Shown here one piece after another: positions 26,978-34,003 of a DNA stretch of 38,208 nucleotides; positions within the stretch are counted from its first letter, which is position 1, and each line of letters opens with the position of its first letter. The notes beneath the pieces are model-generated. The model was not told the DNA's origin, ran no database searches, and saw only the letters and a program-made list of their open reading frames with translations. A program made the position numbers and the translations under genes. The stretch comes from Eubacteriales bacterium (GTDB taxonomy: Bacteria > Bacillota > Clostridia > Oscillospirales > CAG-272), in NCBI GenBank assembly GCA_045661265.1, contig JAZRFG010000177.1, positions 1 through 38,208 of the forward strand, in the 5' to 3' direction.

Positions 26978-27790
26978 TTGAACGTCACCTCTCATCTCAA
27001 ATCGATCCGCCCCAAGCTGGCCTGGATCTCCCTTGCCGCACTGACGCTGATCGCCACCGTGCTGCGCACGCTCTCTCTTTTCCTTTGCATGGACGAGATC
27101 GGCTATTTCCGCTCCGGCGCCACTCTCACGATCCTTTTCTACGTTGTCATCGCACTGATGGGAGCGCTGTGCATCGCAATTCCCTACCTTATTAATATAG
27201 AGCGCGTTGCACGCGAGCCCGCCGTGCTTGCAGGATCTCGCTTCGCGGGCGCCGCCATCGCCGCCGTCACGCTGTGTGCCGCCGCGCTTTTCCTGCTCAT
27301 CCGTGCGCAAAAGCTCCCCACGCCTGCCCTGCTCAACCTGCTGACTGCGCTTGCGCTGCTGTGCGGCGCCACTTATTTCGCGCTGCACCTTACGAGCGCG
27401 AAATCCGCCACCGTCGCGCTGTGGGGCTACGGCGCCATCTTTGGCTGCGCCCTTTCCCTGATCCTGACCTATTTTGACAGATACACACAGATGAACGCCC
27501 CGCACAAGCTCTCCTTTCACATCTGTATGATCCTTGTGATGCTTGCGCTGCTCCTTGAGCTGCGCGATCTTCTGGGTTGTCCGCTCCCCCGCACCTGCAC
27601 GACGCTGACCGGCTTTGCCGCCGCATTCTGCACCGCGATCGCGCTGCCCAACCTGCTGGCCTTTGCCGGCGGCGTGTACAGTGACGTCTTCTATCTCTTC
27701 TTTGACATTATGACGCTGGGTCTTGCCGCCCATTTCGGCACAAAGTGCGCACAGCTTGCCTGTTCCCCCGCCAAGGAGGACACACAATGA
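26978..27790 (+). CDS. hypothetical polytopic membrane protein (270 aa, about 7-8 TM)
   Basis: ORF 26804-27790 trimmed to TTG 26978 (AAAGGAGA 8 nt upstream). The upstream part of the ORF lies in T-rich non-coding-looking DNA. LAWISLAALTLIATVL..., ILFYVVIALMGALCIAIPYL... Family not recognised. Confidence 0.6.
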   Translation: MNVTSHLKSIRPKLAWISLAALTLIATVLRTLSLFLCMDEIGYFRSGATLTILFYVVIALMGALCIAIPYLINIERVAREPAVLAGSRFAGAAIAAVTLCAAALFLLIRAQKLPTPALLNLLTALALLCGATYFALHLTSAKSATVALWGYGAIFGCALSLILTYFDRYTQMNAPHKLSFHICMILVMLALLLELRDLLGCPLPRTCTTLTGFAAAFCTAIALPNLLAFAGGVYSDVFYLFFDIMTLGLAAHFGTKCAQLACSPAKEDTQ

Positions 27791-28332
27791 ACGCCGACAA
27801 ACGTATCCAGTGGCTGCACAAGTACATCGTCAACAAGCGTTATCCCAACGCCAGCCGTCTTTGCGAGCGCTTCGGGATCTCGCATCGTCAAGCACAGCGT
27901 GACGTGACCGCACTCCGCGAGGAATACGGTGCGCCGCTTGCCTATGACGCCGCCCACCGCGGATTTTATTACACCAAGGATTTCTCTCTGCCCGCCCACA
28001 CCAAGGACGAGGGGGAATTTGATTACGTAGAGGCGCTGGCCCGTGGCTTCTCGCAAAAGGAGGACGCGCTGCAGCTACAGATTCCCTACTCCGCCGTGCT
28101 GCGCATTCCCGACCGACTCACGCGCATGGAGCTTGGCCGCTTCATCATCGCCGAGGAGAGTCGCGGCAATTACGTGTGTGAATTCCACAGCGTAGAGATG
28201 TTCTTGGGGCTGATCCTCGCAAGCGAGGCAGACATCACCATTCTCAAGCCCGACTGGCTGCGGGCGCGTCTGGTACAATCCGCCGAGCGCGTGCTGCGCA
28301 ACAACGTCGCCATCCGAAATCAAGAGGAATGA
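27787..28332 (+). CDS. YafY-like HTH transcriptional regulator (HTH + WCX-like C-terminus, no obvious WYL domain)
   Basis: ORF 27745-28332 trimmed to ATG 27787 (AAGGAGGA upstream; ATGA overlap with the membrane protein stop). RLCERFGISHRQAQRDVTALREEYGAPLAYDAAHRGFYYT is the DeoR/YafY-type HTH. C-terminal EMFLGLILASEADITILKPDWLRARLV resembles the WCX domain. Confidence 0.7.
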   Translation: MNADKRIQWLHKYIVNKRYPNASRLCERFGISHRQAQRDVTALREEYGAPLAYDAAHRGFYYTKDFSLPAHTKDEGEFDYVEALARGFSQKEDALQLQIPYSAVLRIPDRLTRMELGRFIIAEESRGNYVCEFHSVEMFLGLILASEADITILKPDWLRARLVQSAERVLRNNVAIRNQEE

Positions 28333-28360
28333 CCTTGGTCCTTCCTCTTTTTTATTTTTT
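28322..28360 (+). terminator. intrinsic terminator
   Basis: aagaggaatgacc-tt-ggtccttcctctt followed by tttttatttttt. Confidence 0.8.
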
Positions 28361-28382
28361 CAAACTTTTTTCCAAAAAGGTA

Positions 28383-28411
28383 TTGACAAAGCCCTTCGTA
28401 TGTGCTATAAT
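28383..28411 (+). promoter_or_regulatory. consensus sigma-A promoter of rplJ-rplL
   Basis: TTGACA (28383-28388), 17-nt spacer ending in TGc, TATAAT (28406-28411), with an A-tract upstream. Confidence 0.7.
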
Positions 28412-28417
28412 GCTTCC

Positions 28418-28584
28418 GTTATCCAAAGACAGCAGGTTCCCGTAAAGGCCGCGTTCGCGCAGCTCTCCTGCCGAGGAGCGACAAAACTTCCCTATACTGA
28501 AGTGTGTCTTTCTTCGTGCCGGAGTGTGTCTTTGGCGGGAGAAAGATTTTTTTATATCATTTTTTCCAGGGAGGTGAAAACAAA
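28418..28584 (+). promoter_or_regulatory. rplJ leader (L10-leader-like autoregulatory attenuator)
   Basis: About 165-nt 5' UTR. CCAAAGACAGCAGG...CCTGCCGAGGAG form a long-range helix, as in my recollection of Firmicute L10 leaders. Terminator tctttcttc.../...gggagaaaga plus T7 at 28507-28553, just before the SD GGGAGGTG. Confidence 0.6.
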
Positions 28585-29103
28585 ATGCCCAGCAAAGTTA
28601 TCCTTGAACAAAAGCAGAAAGCAGTTGCCGAGCTTGCCGAACAGATCAAGAATTCCGTTTCCGGCGTGCTTGTTAACTATCAGGGTATCACCGTTGAGGA
28701 TGATACCGCAATGCGTAAGGCACTGCGTGAGGCAGGCGTTCGTTACAGCGTTGTAAAGAACACCCTCACGGGCCGTGCTTGCGAAATGGTCGGCTTTGGC
28801 GATATGAAGCAGTACCTCAACGGTATGACCGCTATCGCTATCAGCGAGTCCGACGCCATCGCTCCCGCAAAGGTTCTCAAGAAGTTCGCCGATAAGGTGG
28901 AAAGCTTCCAGATCCTTGCAGGTTACCTCGATGGTGCCGTCATCGACGCCGCAACCGTTAACGCTCTTGCAGAGATCCCCTCGAAGGAGACTCTCATTGC
29001 CAAGTTCCTTGGCAGCATCCAGTCCCCCGTTTACGGCTTTGCATATGCCATTCAGGCAATCATCGACAAGAACGGCGAGGAAGCTGCTCCCGCCGCAGAG
29101 TAA
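28585..29103 (+). CDS. rplJ: 50S ribosomal protein L10
   Basis: ORF 28504-29103 trimmed to ATG 28585 (GGGAGGTG upstream). MPSKVILEQKQKAVAELAEQIKNSVSGVLVNYQGITVEDDTAMRKALREAGV... Confidence 0.93.
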   Translation: MPSKVILEQKQKAVAELAEQIKNSVSGVLVNYQGITVEDDTAMRKALREAGVRYSVVKNTLTGRACEMVGFGDMKQYLNGMTAIAISESDAIAPAKVLKKFADKVESFQILAGYLDGAVIDAATVNALAEIPSKETLIAKFLGSIQSPVYGFAYAIQAIIDKNGEEAAPAAE

Positions 29104-29210
29104 TCAAGCGGCATAACGGCTCTGCGCCGTCTATCGCAGAAACCGCCGCGTGACGGTCTCGCGCAAAAACAAAATTCAAAAAATACTCTATTTACAGGAG
29201 GACAATGAAA

Positions 29211-29585
29211 ATGGCTAGCGAAAAGATTACCGCTATTGTTGAAAGTGTTAAGGCCCTTACCCTGCTCGAGCTCAACGAGCTTGTGAAGGCTGTTGAAGAG
29301 GAGTTCGGCGTATCCGCTGCTCCCGTTGCCGCTGTTGGCGTTGCAGCTGCCGCTGCTCCCGCTGCTGAGGAGAAGACCGAGTTCGACGTTATCCTGGCTT
29401 CCTTCGGTGCCAAGAAGCTCGACGTTATCAAGGCTGTTCGCGAGATCACCGGTCTCGGCCTGAAGGACGCAAAGGACCTCGTTGAGGCTGCTCCCAAGGC
29501 TGTTAAGGAAGGCGCTACCAAGGAAGAGGCAGAGAGCATCAAGAAGGCTCTCGAGGATGCCGGCGCTACGGTTGAGCTTAAGTAA
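29211..29585 (+). CDS. rplL: 50S ribosomal protein L7/L12
   Basis: Second ATG chosen: GGAGGA is 8 nt upstream of it, versus 2 nt for ATG 29205. [34 protein letters not shown]...[20 protein letters not shown]... Confidence 0.93.
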   Translation: MASEKITAIVESVKALTLLELNELVKAVEEEFGVSAAPVAAVGVAAAAAPAAEEKTEFDVILASFGAKKLDVIKAVREITGLGLKDAKDLVEAAPKAVKEGATKEEAESIKKALEDAGATVELK

Positions 29586-29618
29586 TTTAGTTTCACCGTT
29601 ACCTAAACCTGACTGTAC

Positions 29619-29650
29619 AAAAGGGCGTTGCGCAAGCAACGCCCTTTTTG
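29619..29650 (+). terminator. intrinsic terminator after rplL
   Basis: aaaa-gggcgttgc-gcaa-gcaacgccc-ttttt. Confidence 0.85.
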
Positions 29651-29737
29651 TTTGTCTTTGAAAAAACGCGCATTACTTCGTTGCTCCTCGCACAAAACCT
29701 CGACGAATACTTATTCGCCTTCGCCTTTGTGCTCCGG

Positions 29738-29861
29738 TGCGCCTCGTACTGCACGTTTTTTCTTTGACAAATGTTTTTTGCGCCTTGCAGGGCGAATTTT
29801 TTCTTTGTCAGCTTATCTCTTTGTAGTGCTGCGCCTTGCACTCCGCGTTTTTTCTTTGACA
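29738..29861 (+). repeat. three imperfect 32-nt direct repeats (spacers 9 and 19 nt)
   Basis: tgcgcctcgtactgcacgttttttctttgaca (29738-29769), tgcgccttgcagggcgaattttttctttgtca (29779-29810), tgcgccttgcactccgcgttttttctttgaca (29830-29861). Copies 1 and 3 are 28/32 identical; copies 2 and 3 are 26/32. Confidence 0.8.
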
Positions 29862-29887
29862 ATTCCGTTCCCTTTTGCGCATGCGAA

Positions 29888-29925
29888 AGAAAAACGGGCA
29901 TTTCTTCCGAAACGCCCGTTTTTCT
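29888..29925. terminator. bidirectional terminator (downstream of the Dabb gene)
   Basis: 12-bp stem agaaaaacgggc/gcccgtttttct, extended by tttc/gaaa inside the loop. A/T runs are built into the stem ends. Confidence 0.7.
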
Positions 29926-29939
29926 ATACCGTTTTGGGG

Positions 29940-30263
29940 TTAAATCAGTTTTCCCTCGCCGTCAAGCTCAGCGTCCAGCGCCACGCGCGCCACGGTGACC
30001 TTTCCTATAAAGGCAGCGACCGCCACGTGTGCGGGATGCACGCGGTAAACGTTCAGGTCCTGCATGCTTTCAAAGCGCGTCACCAGCATCATATCATAAG
30101 ATGCGTCTGTGTGGCAAACGTCGCGACCGACCTGCATCAGCTTGATCTCGGGGATCACGGCAGGCAACGCCAGCAATTGATTTCTTGCGATCTGCATGTT
30201 TTCCTCGCGCGAAGCGCCCTCGGCGACATCGGCAAATTTCCACATCACAACGTGTTCGATCAT
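29940..30263 (-). CDS. Dabb (stress-responsive dimeric alpha/beta barrel) family protein
   Basis: MIEHVVMWKF...LLALPAVIPEIKLMQVGRDV...YDMMLVTRFESMQDLNVYRVHPAHVAV... Confidence 0.8.
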   Translation of the reverse strand: MIEHVVMWKFADVAEGASREENMQIARNQLLALPAVIPEIKLMQVGRDVCHTDASYDMMLVTRFESMQDLNVYRVHPAHVAVAAFIGKVTVARVALDAELDGEGKLI

Positions 30264-30352
30264 CTTTTCGTCCTCGCTTTTTCCTTGATAGCTTCATTCT
30301 ATCACAAACAAACGCCCCCGTCAAGCGAAACTTTGCCGCAAGCCCTTGCTTT

Positions 30353-30382
30353 TTGCACTGCTTTATGTTAAAATAATATATT
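30353..30382 (+). promoter_or_regulatory. weak promoter candidate for trpS
   Basis: TTGCAC (30353-30358), 18-nt spacer, TATATT (30377-30382). Implies a 5' UTR of only about 30 nt. Confidence 0.35.
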
Positions 30383-30417
30383 ATCATCATTCCTTTGACC
30401 AAGAAAGGATCTCGACT

Positions 30418-31425
30418 ATGATCAACGACCAGAAAATCTGCTTCTCGGGCGTACAGCCCAGCGGCAACCTGACCATCGGCAACTACCTCGGCGCCATTCG
30501 CAATTTCTCGGCATACAGTGAGGCATACAAGTGCTTCTACTGCGTGGTGGACGAGCACGCCATCACCGTGCGCCAGAATCCCGCCGAGCTGCGCCGCCGC
30601 ACCTATGAAACGCTGGCACTTTACATGGCCTGCGGCCTGGATCCCGAAAAGAATACGCTTTACGTGCAGTCGCACGTGCCCGCGCACGCCGAGCTTGCCT
30701 GGATGCTCAACTGCTTCACGATGTTCGGCGAGCTTTCCCGCATGACCCAGTTCAAGGACAAGAGCGCCAAGCACGCTGACAACGTCAACGCGGGACTTTT
30801 CCCCTACCCTGTGCTGATGCCCGCCGACATTCTGCTCTATCAGACCGACGTGGTGCCCACGGGCATTGACCAGAAGCAGCACGTGGAGCTTTGTCGCGAC
30901 ATTGCCACTCGCTTCAACCAGGTGTTCCCCGACACCTTCACGATCCCCGAGCCGATGATCGCACAAAACGGCAAAAAGATCATGTCCCTGGCCGATCCGA
31001 CCAAGAAGATGAGCAAATCCGATGAGAACACCAACGCCGTGGTCTACATTCTGGACGATAAGGACACCATCATTCGCAAATTCCGCCGCGCCGTGACCGA
31101 CAGCGACACCTGTGTACGCTTTGCCGACGGCAAGGACGGCATCAACAACCTCATGACCATCTACTCCTGCTTCACGGGCAAATCCTTTGAGGAGATCGAA
31201 CACGAGTTCGACGGCCGCGGCTACGGCGACTTCAAGCTTGCCGTGGGTGAGGTGACTGCCGATGCGCTCGCCCCCGTACAGCAGAGATTCCACGAGCTGC
31301 TGGCAGACAAGGCGGGGCTTGAGGCACAGATGCGCAAGGGTGCCGAGGAGGCCGCTTACTACGCGCGCAAAACGCTCTCCAAGGTACAAAAGAAGCTGGG
31401 CTTTGTGCCCCTGCCCCGCGGTTGA
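30418..31425 (+). CDS. trpS: tryptophan--tRNA ligase
   Basis: ORF 30346-31425 trimmed to ATG 30418 (GAAAGGA 8 nt upstream). FSGVQPSGNLTIGNYLGA (HIGH-type region), GIDQKQHVEL, KMSKS. Confidence 0.92.
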   Translation: MINDQKICFSGVQPSGNLTIGNYLGAIRNFSAYSEAYKCFYCVVDEHAITVRQNPAELRRRTYETLALYMACGLDPEKNTLYVQSHVPAHAELAWMLNCFTMFGELSRMTQFKDKSAKHADNVNAGLFPYPVLMPADILLYQTDVVPTGIDQKQHVELCRDIATRFNQVFPDTFTIPEPMIAQNGKKIMSLADPTKKMSKSDENTNAVVYILDDKDTIIRKFRRAVTDSDTCVRFADGKDGINNLMTIYSCFTGKSFEEIEHEFDGRGYGDFKLAVGEVTADALAPVQQRFHELLADKAGLEAQMRKGAEEAAYYARKTLSKVQKKLGFVPLPRG

Positions 31426-31442
31426 TAAAATTGCTTCATACG

Positions 31443-31473
31443 AAAAAAAGCCGCCCATAAGGGCGGCTTTTTT
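31443..31473. terminator. bidirectional intrinsic terminator
   Basis: A7-gccgccc-ataa-gggcggc-T6, between the convergent trpS and asparaginase genes. Confidence 0.85.
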
Positions 31474-31491
31474 CATACCGTTTGGCGATTT

Positions 31492-32487
31492 TCAGGGCAC
31501 AATGTCCCCTGCAAGCGATGCTTGCAGCACGCCAGCGCTCAAGTGCTCGTGCTTTGTGCTGAGCATCCATAATTTGACGTACGCGGCCACGGGCGCGATC
31601 TGATACAAGGGCGTGATGCCAAGCGCCTCAAACGCGCTTGTGCTGGCATACGCGTCGCCGTGCGCTGCGCCTGTGAGGAATACAGGGATATTTCTCTTTC
31701 GTGCCTCGGCAAAAAAGCGCTTCGCCTCAGCGGACACGGTGCTGATCGTTCCGGAATGAAAGCTCGCGTGCAAAATATAGCGCACGTCCCCACCGATCTC
31801 GGGATAGACCATGCCCGGATAGGGCTGCACGCGCAGGATCTGCGGCGCGCTCTCGCCAAGCAAGCACGCGTCAAGCGCGGGGCTCTCGTTCGCCAACTCG
31901 CGGTAGCTCGGATCCACCGCAAAGGGAGCATCTCCTAAAAAGGCACCGTATGGAGCAGAGAAAACGCTTTGCACGCGATCAGTAAAGGCGCTGCTTTCCA
32001 AAAGGCGTGTGCCGCGGTGGATGCACGTGGGCTCGCCCGCATTCTGATAGGGCACCCACACACCCGCCTTGCCTACCTCCCCGATAAAGCGCAGGGCGCC
32101 GCGCAGATTCGAAAGCGCATTGGAGCGCGCGTCCCCCACGGGGTAATTGGCAGAAACAAGGCATAACGGTATCGAAATATCCGCAAAAGTATAGGAAAGC
32201 GCTGCGGCGGTGTATTGCAACGTATCCGTGCCGTGCGTGACCACGATACCGTCGTAGCCCGCATCCTTGTGCGCCGCCACACACGCGCAGAGCGCGCGCA
32301 GCGTGTTCCCCGTATTATTCTCACTCAACGCGGTGTAGGGCTCCACACAATCGTACTCGAAGGAAATGCCGTGTATGCGCTCATATTCCGCGAGCAGAAA
32401 GCGAGGGCGGTTGCCGTCGGTATTGATGATCCCATCGTGGGCCACACTGCCGATGGTGCCGCCGGTGAATACAAATAAAATCCTCAT
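31492..32487 (-). CDS. ansA: L-asparaginase, type I family
   Basis: ORF (TTG 32499) trimmed to ATG 32487 (GGGAGAG upstream; the TTG lies inside the terminator U-tract). MRILFVFTGGTIGS..., VVTHGTDTL, and a 331-aa length fit the asparaginase/glutaminase family. Confidence 0.78.
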   Translation of the reverse strand: MRILFVFTGGTIGSVAHDGIINTDGNRPRFLLAEYERIHGISFEYDCVEPYTALSENNTGNTLRALCACVAAHKDAGYDGIVVTHGTDTLQYTAAALSYTFADISIPLCLVSANYPVGDARSNALSNLRGALRFIGEVGKAGVWVPYQNAGEPTCIHRGTRLLESSAFTDRVQSVFSAPYGAFLGDAPFAVDPSYRELANESPALDACLLGESAPQILRVQPYPGMVYPEIGGDVRYILHASFHSGTISTVSAEAKRFFAEARKRNIPVFLTGAAHGDAYASTSAFEALGITPLYQIAPVAAYVKLWMLSTKHEHLSAGVLQASLAGDIVP

Positions 32488-32497
32488 AATCTCTCCC

Positions 32498-32522
32498 AAA
32501 AAAGCCGCCCCGCAGGGCGGCT
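32498..32522 (-). terminator. intrinsic terminator after trkH, abutting the asparaginase SD
   Basis: Reverse strand agccgccc-tgcg-gggcggct followed by tttttt (32503-32498). The stem sequence is identical to that of the 31443-31473 terminator. Confidence 0.7.
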
Positions 32523-32526
32523 CTTT

Positions 32527-33999
32527 TTATTTCTTCCACGTGGAAGGCATGAAAAGTATCAGCATCGGGAACAGCTCCAGACGTCCCACCAGCATATCAA
32601 ACATCATCACAAGCTTGGAAAGCGGCGAGAAGAAGGCATAATTACAGGTGGGTCCAACGCCCGAAAGACCGGGACCGATGTTGTTGATGGTCGCGGCGAT
32701 CGCCGTGAAATTGGTGGCGAAATCATATCCGTCCACAGCAAGCAGCAGAACAGAAGCCGCAAACACGACGATAAAGCACGCGAAATAGGAGAAGGTCGCC
32801 TGCACGACCACCTGCTCCACGGGCTTTTTATCCACGGTGATCTGCTTAACTTGCTTTGGGTGGGTCGCAGCGCGCAGATCGCGCCCCACGCCCTTGAACA
32901 TCAGCATAAACCGGCTGACCTTCATGCCGCCACCCGTACTGCCCGCGCACGCGCCGACGAACATCAAAAGCACCAGCACCGCGCAGGCAAGAGAGGGCCA
33001 CAGGGCGAAGTCCACGGTGGAAAAACCCGTGGTGGAAACGATCGATGCGACGGAAAAGACCACGTGGCGAATGATGCTGCCAAGGTTGCCGGATCCCCCA
33101 AACTGCGCCTGCAGCGCGGGGTCGGCGGCGATGTTGCCAACGATACTGACCACGATCAGGATCACGGCACCAAGCACGATCAAAAGGAAGGTGCGTACCT
33201 CGGCATTCAGCGCCTCCTTGATCTTCCCGCGGAACGCGAGATAGTAAGCACCGAAATTGATAGAGAACAGCAGCATAAAGACCGTAATCACCACCTGCAC
33301 GTAAGGCGAAAAGGAAAGCATGCTGTCATTTCTAAAGCCAAAGCCACCCGTGCCCGCCGTGGAAAAGGCGGCGTTCAGCGCCTCAAAGACGGTCATTTCG
33401 CCAAAAAGAAGCAGGACGAACTCCAGCAGCGTAAAGGCCAGATAAATGCTGTAAAGCAAGAGCGCGGTGGTACGTACGCGCGGCACCAGCTTGCCCACGT
33501 CGGGGCCCGTGCTCTCCGCCTTCATGATATGCATATTACGCCCGCCGCTGAGCGGCACAAAGGCCATGATAAAGACCAGCACGCCCATACCGCCCACCCA
33601 GTGGGTGAAGCTGCGCCACATGAGAATGGAAGCGGGCAAGCTCTCCACGTCGGAGAAGATCGTCGCGCCCGTGGTGGTAAAGCCGGAAACGGTTTCAAAA
33701 AGTGCGTCCACAAAGGAGCTTGTCACCCCCGTGAAAACAAACGGAAGTGCGCCAAGCAAGCTGATCGCGACCCAGGAAAGAGACACGACGACAAAGCCGT
33801 CGCGGGCGCGTAGGGTCTGGTTTTTCGGCTTTCGGCAGGAAAGCAGCAGTCCCGCGCCAAGACAGATCAGCGCCGCCCACAAAAAGGCAAGCGCCGCGCC
33901 GTCACCGCACACCAGCGCTGTGAGAAGCGGCACCAGCAAAAACGCCGCCTCAAACAGCCAAATGCACCCGATGACGTAGGAGATCATTCTATAGTTCAT
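32527..33999 (-). CDS. trkH: TrkH/KtrB family potassium uptake protein
   Basis: 490-aa polytopic protein (MNYRMISYVIGCIWLFEAAFLL..., TGFTTTGATIF, TAGTGGFG, STTGFSTVD selectivity-filter-like repeats). Starts 4 nt after the trkA stop. Confidence 0.88.
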   Translation of the reverse strand: MNYRMISYVIGCIWLFEAAFLLVPLLTALVCGDGAALAFLWAALICLGAGLLLSCRKPKNQTLRARDGFVVVSLSWVAISLLGALPFVFTGVTSSFVDALFETVSGFTTTGATIFSDVESLPASILMWRSFTHWVGGMGVLVFIMAFVPLSGGRNMHIMKAESTGPDVGKLVPRVRTTALLLYSIYLAFTLLEFVLLLFGEMTVFEALNAAFSTAGTGGFGFRNDSMLSFSPYVQVVITVFMLLFSINFGAYYLAFRGKIKEALNAEVRTFLLIVLGAVILIVVSIVGNIAADPALQAQFGGSGNLGSIIRHVVFSVASIVSTTGFSTVDFALWPSLACAVLVLLMFVGACAGSTGGGMKVSRFMLMFKGVGRDLRAATHPKQVKQITVDKKPVEQVVVQATFSYFACFIVVFAASVLLLAVDGYDFATNFTAIAATINNIGPGLSGVGPTCNYAFFSPLSKLVMMFDMLVGRLELFPMLILFMPSTWKK

Positions 34000-34003
34000 A
34001 CGC

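Noticed and set aside
26709-26981. 90-aa F/L/C-rich plus-strand ORF in the S10 / membrane-protein intergenic region
   Set aside because: The composition follows directly from the T-tract DNA. There is no SD. It overlaps the predicted promoter and the SD of the downstream gene, and ends in a different frame at the TTG start region.
26591-27787. 398-aa minus-strand ORF
   Set aside because: It is antisense to the membrane protein gene and runs through the T-rich intergenic block. It is G/R/K/E/Q low-complexity, lacks an SD, and its 3' end would overlap the rpsJ distal promoter candidate (26613-26641).
29738-29861. CRISPR array
   Set aside because: There are only three degenerate 32-nt repeats with 9- and 19-nt spacers. 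There are no cas genes and no leader. The spacer lengths are incompatible with CRISPR.
30264-30417. Expected a tryptophan T-box riboswitch upstream of trpS
   Set aside because: The spacer is only 154 nt. It has no T-box core (no GGTGG-ACCGCG-like sequence), no specifier-type stem I and no terminator. The likely promoter leaves a 5' UTR of about 30 nt.
30094-31476. 460-aa minus-strand ORF
   Set aside because: It is antisense to trpS, which has clear KMSKS and HIGH-type motifs, and it runs through the trpS terminator. It is a shadow ORF.
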